Shown here piece by piece: positions 35,458-42,964 of a stretch of 58,454 bases of DNA. The position numbers and the translations under genes were made by a program. The notes below the pieces were generated by a model. That model searched no databases, was not told where the DNA came from, and worked only from the letters and a program-made list of their open reading frames with translations. Position 1 is the stretch's first letter. Each line of letters opens with the position of its first letter. The stretch spans positions 1-58,454 of IMG/VR virus record IMGVR_UViG_3300043443_000324, one strand, 5' to 3'. Source of the DNA: a virus. Taxonomy: Duplodnaviria; Caudoviricetes.

Positions 35458-35520
35458 TTGCAATCTCCTGTTTAGGCGTTATCTAGAGTTCATCAGCAAC
35501 GCCAAACAGGAGATGAACTC
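35458..35520 (+). promoter_or_regulatory. Early promoter cassette P6
   Basis: TTGCAA-N16-TATCTA, CATCAGCAACG, AGGAG. Confidence 0.8.
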
Positions 35521-35832
35521 ATGGCTACCAACCCCGTTATCGACTTCGACGCCGCCCTCGTTGACCGCCTCGGCGACATCAAGGCGCAGATCGCCGACCT
35601 CAAGCGCATCGAGGCTGACCTCGTCGCCCGCCTCGCCGACAGCGGCGCGGACGCCATCGACGGCCGCTTCTTCCGCGCCACCGTCAGCCAAGTGGCCGAG
35701 CGCCAGTCGCTCGACGCCAAGGCCGCAGAGGCCAAGCTGCGCGAGCTGGGTGTCGACGGCCGCTGGTTCAGCAAGAACCAGAAGGTCACCAAGGGCTACA
35801 CGACCGTCAAGGTCGTGGCGCGGAAGGCCTAA
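35521..35832 (+). CDS. Early hypothetical protein (coiled coil plus beta)
   Basis: LVDRLGDIKAQIADLK; follows P6. Confidence 0.8.
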   Translation: MATNPVIDFDAALVDRLGDIKAQIADLKRIEADLVARLADSGADAIDGRFFRATVSQVAERQSLDAKAAEAKLRELGVDGRWFSKNQKVTKGYTTVKVVARKA

Positions 35833-35836
35833 GCCG

Positions 35837-36013
35837 GTGCTGGGCATCCTCGCAGCAGAGTTCACGTCGCGCGGCAGGGGCCTGCCCGCGACGCTGGACA
35901 TCAACCGCATCATCGACGGCCGCCGGTCGCGCGTCATCTCGTTCAGCGTCGGCGGCAAGCGCGAGGCGCGCAAGCTGGCCGAGCGCTACGGCGCGCAGCC
36001 GTGGAACTTCTGA
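35837..36013 (+). CDS. Small hypothetical protein
   Basis: GKREARKLA..YGAQPWNF. Confidence 0.6.
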   Translation: MLGILAAEFTSRGRGLPATLDINRIIDGRRSRVISFSVGGKREARKLAERYGAQPWNF

Positions 36014-36024
36014 GGAGACAGGAA

Positions 36025-36225
36025 ATGCGTGACAGAGACACCTACCGCAGCATGGACACCGAAGACCTGCTGCTCGAGGCCCGCGAGATGGGCATCGACC
36101 CCGAAATGGCCGTCGTGATCGCCGAGCGCCTCGACGTCCTCTACAATCAGGCTTGGCACTACCACACCACCCACGAGAGCATGGGCGGGCGCTACACCTT
36201 CAACAACAGGAGCGAATACGCATGA
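36025..36225 (+). CDS. Hypothetical protein
   Basis: SD GAGGAG. Confidence 0.65.
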   Translation: MRDRDTYRSMDTEDLLLEAREMGIDPEMAVVIAERLDVLYNQAWHYHTTHESMGGRYTFNNRSEYA

Positions 36226-36698
36226 GCTACAAGATCGAGATCAACGCCGACAGCATCAGCGAGTTGGCGGGCAAGCTGCTGGCGCTGGCCGCGCAGATGC
36301 AGGCCACGCCGGTCGACCCGGTGATGCCCGAGGTCCGCGAGGCACCGAAGCCGAAGCGCGCCAAGGCCGAGAAGCCGGTGGAGGTCGCCGAGGCGCCGGT
36401 GGGGGAGCCTGCTGCCCAGCAGGACACCGCAGCATCATCGGACCCGGCTATTATGCCGGAAAGCGATACCCGGACATCCGACACTGGCCTGCCTGCAACG
36501 AACACTGTCTCCCCTTCTGAGGCCGTCGTCTCGCTTGACTTCGAGAAGGACGTCGCGCCGCTGGTGTTGAAGGCCGTGGCCGTGAAGGGCAAGCCGTGGG
36601 TGCAGGAGGTGCTGGCGCAGTTCGGCGTCGAGCGCGCCTCGCAGGTGCCCGATGAGCGTCTGCCTGAGCTGGTGGCAATTGTGGCGGAGGCGGTGTGA
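36222..36698 (+). CDS. Replication-module protein with probable -1 frameshift variant ending at 36520
   Basis: SD AGGAG; helical C-domain VLAQFGVERASQVP; GGGGGAG at 36401. Confidence 0.8.
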   Translation: MSYKIEINADSISELAGKLLALAAQMQATPVDPVMPEVREAPKPKRAKAEKPVEVAEAPVGEPAAQQDTAASSDPAIMPESDTRTSDTGLPATNTVSPSEAVVSLDFEKDVAPLVLKAVAVKGKPWVQEVLAQFGVERASQVPDERLPELVAIVAEAV

Positions 36699-36943
36699 TG
36701 GGCTACGAGATCGTCAAGGACAAGCCGCTGCCCCCGCGAGCTAAGAGGGGTGGGCGGCGCTTGAAGTACCCCTTCGCTGCGATGGAAGTCGGCGATGCGT
36801 TCTGCGTACCCGTTGACGGGTGCGCAAAACGCCAAGCCAATCTCATCACTCGCGCCGCAGCGTACGCCAAGCAACACGGCCCCCATAAGAAGTTCTCCAC
36901 GCGCCTGCTTGACGGCGATGTGTGGGTCTGGAGGATCGCATGA
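36698..36943 (+). CDS. Small putative DNA-binding protein
   Basis: KYPFAAMEVGDAF.VP ... VWRIA. Confidence 0.7.
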   Translation: MGYEIVKDKPLPPRAKRGGRRLKYPFAAMEVGDAFCVPVDGCAKRQANLITRAAAYAKQHGPHKKFSTRLLDGDVWVWRIA

Positions 36944-38154
36944 GCGCCCACGCCCGGCTCAGCCCCAGCGGTGCACACCGCTGGATGGCCTGCCCCGGCA
37001 GCGTCGTGCTGGAGGCTGACTACCCGGACACGGGCAGCCTCTACGCCGACGAGGGCACCGCCGCGCACACGCTGGCCTCGTGGTGCCTCGAGGACGGCAT
37101 GGACGCCGACCAGTACCTCGGGGGCGAGATCGTCGTCGGCGAGCGCAAGTTCGTCGTCGACACCGCCATGGCCGATTTCGTGCAGGACTACGTCAAGCTG
37201 GTGCGGGAATACGCCGAGGGCGGCTCGCTGTTCGTCGAGCAGCGCGTGCCCATCGGCCACCTGACCGGCGAGGCCGACGCGGGCGGCACGTCCGACGCGG
37301 TGGTCCTGTGCCGCAACGAGATGGTCGTGATCGACCTGAAGTACGGCATGGGGGTCAAGGTCTACGCGGAGGACAACCCGCAGCTCATGATGTACGCGCT
37401 GGGGGCCTACGAGCAGTTCGGCCTCGTGTGGGAGGGCGACATGGTCACGATGGTGATCCACCAGCCGCGCCTCAACCACGTCGCCGAGTGGTCGATCCCG
37501 CTGCGCGTGCTGCTGGACTTTGCGGCGCAGGTGCGCGACGCGGCGGCCACCGTGGCCGAGGCTGTGTCGGTCGCCGACATCGGCGTCGACAGCTACCTCA
37601 ACCCCGGCGAGAAGCAGTGCCGCTTCTGCAAGGCCAAGGCGTCGTGCCCGGCCCTGCGCGCCGAGGTGGCCGACGTTGTCCACAGCACCGCGACACTGGA
37701 CGACTTCGCCGATCTGGTGCCGCAGGTGCCGGACAGCCAGACGGGCGACAACTACCTGAGCGTCGCCATGTCCAAGGTCGATCTGGTCGAGCAGTGGTGC
37801 AAGGCCGTGCGCGCCGAGGTCGAGCGCCGCCTGCTGGCGGGCCAGACTGTCGAGGGCTACAAGCTCGTCGAGGGCAAGCGCGGCAACCGGAAGTGGGCCG
37901 ACGCGGAAGCTGTGGAAAAGCTGCTCAAGTCGTTTCGCATGCGGCAGGACGAGATGTACGATCTCAGCCTCATCAGCCCCACCAAGGCCGAGAAGCTGTT
38001 CAAGGAAAACCCCAAGCGCTGGGCGAAGGTGCAGGAGCACGTCACGCAGAGCGAGGGCAAGCCGTCCGTGGCACCCGCCACTGACAGGCGGCCAGCAATG
38101 GCCGTCCCATCGGTCGCCGACGACTTCGGCGGCCTCTTTCAAACTGACGACTGA
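36940..38154 (+). CDS. Cas4-like PD-(D/E)xK exonuclease (DUF2800 family)
   Basis: HARLSPSGAHRW.ACPGS, EGTAAH, GTSD, IDLKYG.G, NPQL..YALG, CRFCKAKASC. Confidence 0.9.
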   Translation: MSAHARLSPSGAHRWMACPGSVVLEADYPDTGSLYADEGTAAHTLASWCLEDGMDADQYLGGEIVVGERKFVVDTAMADFVQDYVKLVREYAEGGSLFVEQRVPIGHLTGEADAGGTSDAVVLCRNEMVVIDLKYGMGVKVYAEDNPQLMMYALGAYEQFGLVWEGDMVTMVIHQPRLNHVAEWSIPLRVLLDFAAQVRDAAATVAEAVSVADIGVDSYLNPGEKQCRFCKAKASCPALRAEVADVVHSTATLDDFADLVPQVPDSQTGDNYLSVAMSKVDLVEQWCKAVRAEVERRLLAGQTVEGYKLVEGKRGNRKWADAEAVEKLLKSFRMRQDEMYDLSLISPTKAEKLFKENPKRWAKVQEHVTQSEGKPSVAPATDRRPAMAVPSVADDFGGLFQTDD

Positions 38155-38170
38155 TAAAGGATACCGTACA

Positions 38171-38755
38171 ATGGCTACCAAGATCATGCTCAAGGGCATC
38201 ACGATGGCTTTCCCGGCGCTGGCCGAACCGCAGTCCTTTGGCGAGGGTGAACCCGCCTACGGGGCCAAGTTCCCCATCGTCCCGAACAGCGAGCACCAGA
38301 AGCTCATTGAGCAGGCCATCATGGCCGAAGCCAAGGAGGCGTGGAAGGACAAGGCCGACAGCGTGCTGGCCATGCTGATCGAAGACGGCAAGGTCGCCTT
38401 CACGAAGAAGGTCTACCGCTCGAAGAAGACCGGCGAGGCATATCAGGGCTTCGAGGGCGCGCACTACCTGTCGACCCGCAATGCGAAGACCCAGCCGACG
38501 GTCTTCAACCAGTACGGCGAGCCGCTGTCGTCCAAGGGGGACATCGAGCGTCAGGCGTTCAGCGGCGCGGTCGTCAACGCCTCGGTCGAGGTGTGGGCGC
38601 AGGACAACAAGTGGGGGCGCCGCATCAACTGCACCCTGCGCGGCGTCATGCTGACCGGCGAGGGGCAGAACTTCGGCGGCAGCGCGGCCCCGGCCTCGGC
38701 TGACGAGTTCGCCGAACTGGCCAAGGCCAAGGCCGAAGCGGACGACGTGCTGTGA
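38171..38755 (+). CDS. Single-stranded DNA-binding protein (DUF2815 / gp2.5-like)
   Basis: AFPALAEP, QDNKWGRRINCTLRGV, acidic tail; between exonuclease and polymerase. Confidence 0.85.
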   Translation: MATKIMLKGITMAFPALAEPQSFGEGEPAYGAKFPIVPNSEHQKLIEQAIMAEAKEAWKDKADSVLAMLIEDGKVAFTKKVYRSKKTGEAYQGFEGAHYLSTRNAKTQPTVFNQYGEPLSSKGDIERQAFSGAVVNASVEVWAQDNKWGRRINCTLRGVMLTGEGQNFGGSAAPASADEFAELAKAKAEADDVL

Positions 38756-38757
38756 CG

Positions 38758-39012
38758 ATGGCGCGCGAGCCGGAGCACGGCACCAACGACCGCCTGCGGC
38801 TGCTCGTCGAGCGCGTGGAGCGCCTCGAGGAGGAGAAGAAGGGCATCGCCGAAGACATCAAGGATGTCTACGCGGAGGCCAAGGCGGTCGGCTTCGACGC
38901 CAAGATCATGCGGGAGGTCATCAAGTTCCGCAAGATGAAGCCGGACGACCTTCGGGAGCGCAATGCGCTGCTGAATATCTACGCCGCCGAGCTGGGTCTG
39001 GACTTGCTCTGA
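38758..39012 (+). CDS. gapR: GapR (DUF2312)-like nucleoid-associated protein
   Basis: RLRLLVERVERLEEEKKGIAEDIKDVYAEAKAVGFDAKIMREVIKFRK. Confidence 0.9.
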   Translation: MAREPEHGTNDRLRLLVERVERLEEEKKGIAEDIKDVYAEAKAVGFDAKIMREVIKFRKMKPDDLRERNALLNIYAAELGLDLL

Positions 39013-39029
39013 CCCTGCCGCTATAGACT

Positions 39030-39177
39030 GGGCGCAGCGGCCCCGTAAGCCTTCTGGCTGTGGGTGCTAAGGCCGCTGCGCCCTTTCCTTCGGTGAGGGC
39101 TGTGACGGAACGTGGTTCACTCCTCGTTGCTGATAACCGGCACAGCTCTCTCCCAAGGAAAGGGAATATCAGCCCCT
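39030..39177 (+). ncRNA. Structured RNA / polymerase leader with loop antisense to the early-leader motif
   Basis: Stem 39030-42/39071-83; stems 39081-90/39155-64 and 39095-104/39141-50; loop CACUCCUCGUUGCUGAU (39118-34). Confidence 0.65.
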
Positions 39178-41142
39178 ATGAGCACTCTCCACCTCGACCT
39201 CGAGACCTTCTCCGAGACGCCCATCAAGCACGGCGCGCACCGCTACGCCGAAGACGCCGAGGTCATGCTCGTCGCCTTCGCGTGGGACGACGAGCTGGTG
39301 GCCGTGTGGGACTTGACCACGGGCGAGAAGAACCTCGGCAACGTCCAGATGCTGGTCGACAGCGCCGACCGCGTCGTGATCCACAACAGCGCCTTCGACC
39401 GCACCGTGCTGCGCCACAGGGGTGTGCATATTCCTGTGGATAAAGTTGAGGACACGATGGTCCTCGCCCTGCAGCACAGCCTGCCCGCGTCGCTGGGCAC
39501 GCTCTGCGACGTGCTGGGCGTCCCGCAGGACAAGGCCAAGGACAAGGACGGCAAGAAGCTCATCCAGCTCTTTACGAAGCCGCGCCCGAAGAATACAAAG
39601 ATCAGGAGGGCAACGCGGGAGACGCACCCGGATGAGTGGCAAAGGTTCATCGAATACGCCCGCCTCGACGTGGACGCGATGCGAGCCATACGTGGACGGC
39701 TGCCGCGTTGGAACGATAGTCACTCTGAGCGCGAACTGTGGCTCCTCGACCAAGGAATTAATGACCGTGGTGTCGGAGTCGATATTGACCTCGCCCGATC
39801 CGCTCTCCGAGCTTTTGGACGAGCTTCGCGATCTCTGGCCGCTCGTGCAGGAGTTCTGACCGGCGGCGCGGTGGGCAGCGCGACGCAGCGCACGGCATTC
39901 CTGCAGCACCTGCGCGACGCCCACGGCCTCGACGCCGACGACATGACCGGCGCGACGGTGACGAAGCTGCTGCGCGAGGAATTGACGCCGGAGCTGCGCG
40001 AGCTGCTGGAGATCAGGCAGCAGGCCGCCGCGACGTCGCCCGCCAAGTACAAGGCCCTGATGGACGCCGCCTCGAGCGACGGGCGCCTGCGCGGGACGAT
40101 CCAGTTCTGCGGCGCGGCGCGCACGGGGCGCGACGCGGGGCGCATCTTCCAGCCGCAGAACCTGCCGCGCACGCCCGACTGGTTTGACGGCGAGGTGCAG
40201 GAGGCGACCATCGCGGCCTTCAAGGCCGACGCCGAGGACGTCCTGTGGGAGAACGTCAGCGACCGCTGCGCGTGGGCCGTGCGCGGCTGTCTGGTGGCCG
40301 AGCCGGGCAGGAAGTTCGCCATCGCCGACCTGTCGAACATCGAGGGCCGCGTGCTGGCGTGGCTGGCGGGCGAGGACTGGAAGATCGAGGCCTTCAAGGC
40401 CTACGACCGGGGCGAGGGGCCCGACCTCTACAAGGTGACTGCCGGGCGCATCCTGAGCAAGGACGCGGCCGACGTCACGAAGGAGGAGCGCCAGACGCAG
40501 GGCAAGGTGCCCGAGCTCGCGGGCGGCTACGGCGGGGGCGTCGGGGCCTACCGGAAGATGGGCGGCAAGGTCTTCGACGCCATGGGCGACGAGCAGATCA
40601 CCCAGATCGTGCAGGCGTGGCGCAAGGCGCACCCGGCGACGACACGCCTGTGGTACAACGTCGAGGGCGCGGCGCGGTCGGCCATCCGCGCGCCGGGCGA
40701 GAGCTTCGACGTGCGCGGCCTCCTGCGCTTCGACACGGCCATCGGCCCCGACGGCGTCGACTACGTCCGCTGCCGCCTACCCAGCGGCCGCTACCTGCTC
40801 TACCGCAAGATGCACATCAACGAGGACGGCCAGCTCCTCTACGAGGGCATGAACCAGTACACGCGCAAGTGGGAGTGGCTGGAGACCTACTACGGCAAGC
40901 TGGTCGAGAACATCGTGCAGGCCGTGGCGCGCGACGTGTTCATGACCGGCATGCGCCGCGCCGAGCTGTCTGGCTACGACGTGGTGCTGCGCGTCCACGA
41001 CGAGCTGGTCTGCGAGGTGCCGGACCACGGCGACTACACGCACACGCACCTCGCCGAGATGATGGGGACTAACCCCGCGTGGTCGCTGGGCTTGCCGCTG
41101 TCGGCGGCGGGTTTTGAGACCCGCAGATACAGAAAAGAATGA
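39178..41142 (+). CDS. polA: DNA polymerase family A with 3'-5' exonuclease
   Basis: LDLETFS, HNSAFDR, YARLDV, QPQNLPR, ADLSNIEGR, GKVPELAGGYG, VHDE. Confidence 0.95.
   Translation: MSTLHLDLETFSETPIKHGAHRYAEDAEVMLVAFAWDDELVAVWDLTTGEKNLGNVQMLVDSADRVVIHNSAFDRTVLRHRGVHIPVDKVEDTMVLALQHSLPASLGTLCDVLGVPQDKAKDKDGKKLIQLFTKPRPKNTKIRRATRETHPDEWQRFIEYARLDVDAMRAIRGRLPRWNDSHSERELWLLDQGINDRGVGVDIDLARSALRAFGRASRSLAARAGVLTGGAVGSATQRTAFLQHLRDAHGLDADDMTGATVTKLLREELTPELRELLEIRQQAAATSPAKYKALMDAASSDGRLRGTIQFCGAARTGRDAGRIFQPQNLPRTPDWFDGEVQEATIAAFKADAEDVLWENVSDRCAWAVRGCLVAEPGRKFAIADLSNIEGRVLAWLAGEDWKIEAFKAYDRGEGPDLYKVTAGRILSKDAADVTKEERQTQGKVPELAGGYGGGVGAYRKMGGKVFDAMGDEQITQIVQAWRKAHPATTRLWYNVEGAARSAIRAPGESFDVRGLLRFDTAIGPDGVDYVRCRLPSGRYLLYRKMHINEDGQLLYEGMNQYTRKWEWLETYYGKLVENIVQAVARDVFMTGMRRAELSGYDVVLRVHDELVCEVPDHGDYTHTHLAEMMGTNPAWSLGLPLSAAGFETRRYRKE
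39435..39443 (-). promoter_or_regulatory. Perfect DnaA box inside the polymerase gene
   Basis: TGTGGATAA, in a local patch of atypical codons. Confidence 0.4.
39632..39859 (+). CDS. Candidate overprinted gene (+1 frame) inside polymerase
   Basis: GGAG 10 nt upstream; polymerase codon bias breaks down over this interval. Confidence 0.45.
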   Translation: MSGKGSSNTPASTWTRCEPYVDGCRVGTIVTLSANCGSSTKELMTVVSESILTSPDPLSELLDELRDLWPLVQEF

Positions 41143-41152
41143 GTAAAATCAT

Positions 41153-41449
41153 ATGTTTACTCAGCTCAACCCGCACCTGCCGCTCGACACGCCCAAGGGC
41201 GCGGGCTACGCTGTCGGCGTCATCGACTACGGGCTGGAGCACAGCCTCCTGTGGGTGGTTGCCCTGAGCGCCAGCGGCGAGATATGGTGCGTGCCGAACC
41301 GCGAGGTTCGCATGCCCGCCAACTGGTCCGCAGGACGGAGGTTACATGACACCGGCATCGAAGCTGCAGGAGCGCCTGAAGAAGCTGGTGCAGGGGAGCG
41401 GCGGCCAATACCGCAAGATGCGCTGGGAGGGCCGCCGGGGCTGCCCTGA
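41153..41449 (+). CDS. Conserved hypothetical protein
   Basis: QLNP.LPLDTPKG.G.A..VIDYGLEH.LLWVV. Confidence 0.7.
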   Translation: MFTQLNPHLPLDTPKGAGYAVGVIDYGLEHSLLWVVALSASGEIWCVPNREVRMPANWSAGRRLHDTGIEAAGAPEEAGAGERRPIPQDALGGPPGLP

Positions 41450-41645
41450 CTGCTTCATCTGGTGGGAGTGGCCGAGGGCCGCCTTCGTCGAGGTCAAGGC
41501 CGGGGACGACCGCTACAGCAAGCTGCAGGCCCGCGAGGTCGAGCGCATGCAGGCGGACGGCCTGCCGGTCTACACGGCGCGAACTGAGGCCGACGTCGAC
41601 TGGATCGTCGAGCGTGTGAAAAAAGGTGTTGCAACGCCTGATTGA
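41346..41645 (+). CDS. VRR-NUC endonuclease
   Basis: GRRGCPD, FVEVKA, SKLQARE; GGAGG SD. Confidence 0.85.
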   Translation: MTPASKLQERLKKLVQGSGGQYRKMRWEGRRGCPDCFIWWEWPRAAFVEVKAGDDRYSKLQAREVERMQADGLPVYTARTEADVDWIVERVKKGVATPD

Positions 41646-41690
41646 ATGTGGTACAAGGCGCTCATCAGCAACGAAGAAGGAGTGTCCACC
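41629..41690 (+). promoter_or_regulatory. Early promoter cassette P7
   Basis: TTGCAA-N17-TACAAG, CATCAGCAACGA, AAGGAGTG. Confidence 0.8.
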
Positions 41691-41867
41691 ATGTCCAAGA
41701 CCTACACCGCCTACGCCGTCTACGAGAACGGCGACCGCGCAATATACGAGGGGCTGACCAAGGCTGCCGCGCTGCGCCGCTACGCCCGGTTCCAGCGCGA
41801 AGCCGACAAGCACCTCGTTGGCTCGGCAGGCCCGATCAAGAGCTGGGGCTGGAGGCTCGAGGCGTGA
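41691..41867 (+). CDS. Small early protein
   Basis: ATG after P7 SD. Confidence 0.75.
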   Translation: MSKTYTAYAVYENGDRAIYEGLTKAAALRRYARFQREADKHLVGSAGPIKSWGWRLEA

Positions 41868-41869
41868 GC

Positions 41870-42019
41870 ATGTACCAAGCAGTGAGCCTTCCAGATGGTT
41901 CGCCGTTCCGCATTGCGGATACGCCGTGCGCCTCGCTTGCAGAGTGCGTCAAGCGCGCGCAGCAGACCTTCGGCGAGGGCAAATACACCATAGAGCGCAT
42001 AAGGAGGGTCAAGGCGTGA
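41870..42019 (+). CDS. Small hypothetical protein
   Basis: GAGG SD, operon position. Confidence 0.55.
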   Translation: MYQAVSLPDGSPFRIADTPCASLAECVKRAQQTFGEGKYTIERIRRVKA

Positions 42020-42153
42020 GCAAGCTCGAAGCCGAGATGAAGTCCCTCGCCGCCCGCGTCCAGCAACTGGTCGCGGGCGGCATGAGCCGAGACCGCGCCA
42101 TGATGCTCGCCGTCATGGAGGCGGGCGGCAAGATCACGATTGTGAAAGGTTGA
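42016..42153 (+). CDS. Small hypothetical protein
   Basis: GTG after AAGGAGG. Confidence 0.65.
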   Translation: MSKLEAEMKSLAARVQQLVAGGMSRDRAMMLAVMEAGGKITIVKG

Positions 42154-42188
42154 TTAGTCAGGGTGACCCAATTTTTTTCATTCAGGGG

Positions 42189-42244
42189 TTGCAACGTCAG
42201 GTTGCGTGTGCCATAAGGGTGCATCAGCAACGGAGTACCAAGTC
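42189..42244 (+). promoter_or_regulatory. Early promoter cassette P8
   Basis: TTGCAA-N17-CATAAG, CATCAGCAACG, GGAGT. Confidence 0.8.
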
Positions 42245-42964
42245 ATGTCCCGCAATAGCTACGCCCACATCGAGAACGAAGCCCGCTATCAGGCTGCCAT
42301 CGACCGCCGCATCAAGGCCAACCGCGCCAAGACTGGGCGCGCCAAGTGGTTCGCCGCGCACGAAGACGCGCAGACCATCTACGATTGGCTGTTCAGCGCT
42401 GGCGAGTTCGATAGCATTGTGGACCTTGACCCGCGCTGCTCCATTTGGGAAGACAACGGCGAGATCGACCACTGCTTTGAGGTTGATGGCGAGGACTACC
42501 GCTGCAAGTGCAAGCGTCGCCACCACCCGCTGACGGCCTACAATCGCGGCAACTTCTTTGACAAGCTGCGCACCGCCATCGACGAGTGGGGCGGCCTGAC
42601 TGACGGCCAGCACGCCGCTGCCGCTCGCATTCTCGGCGAGGCTCGCGAGAAGCTGGCCGGTCGTGAAGTTGCCCGCGCAGCCCAGCTCGCCGCAGACGTG
42701 AACACCAACCACGTTGGCGCTGTCGGCGAGCGCCGCGACTTCGAGCTGACCGTCGAGCGCACCCACAGCTTCGACAGCCAGTTCGGCACCGTCTACATCA
42801 CGATCTTCCGCGACGCCGACAACAACGTCGTTGTCTACAAGGGCAGCATTGCCTTCGAACGCGGCGAACAGGTGCGTGGCAAGGCCACCATTAAGGCCCA
42901 CGATCTGCGCGATGGCGTGCCGCAGACTATTATTGCCCGCCCTAAGTTTGAGGTGGCGGAATGA
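42245..42964 (+). CDS. Early protein with C-terminal OB-fold-like domain
   Basis: HVGAVGER..FELTV....FDSQFG......FRD..NN.VVYKG...KATIKAH....GVPQT.I.RPK. Confidence 0.75.
   Translation: MSRNSYAHIENEARYQAAIDRRIKANRAKTGRAKWFAAHEDAQTIYDWLFSAGEFDSIVDLDPRCSIWEDNGEIDHCFEVDGEDYRCKCKRRHHPLTAYNRGNFFDKLRTAIDEWGGLTDGQHAAAARILGEAREKLAGREVARAAQLAADVNTNHVGAVGERRDFELTVERTHSFDSQFGTVYITIFRDADNNVVVYKGSIAFERGEQVRGKATIKAHDLRDGVPQTIIARPKFEVAE

Noticed and set aside
36940-38154. Cas4 as part of a CRISPR system
   Set aside because: Stand-alone phage replication exonuclease; no cas1/cas2 or array
39118-39165. Ninth early cassette on the minus strand
   Set aside because: Leader motif present but no TTGCAA, no TA-type -10 and no convincing downstream ORF; treated as an antisense loop instead
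39422-39631. 5' extension of the polymerase-nested ORF
   Set aside because: Mostly Arg/Ser shadow sequence with normal polymerase codon bias; the local anomaly is better explained by the DnaA box
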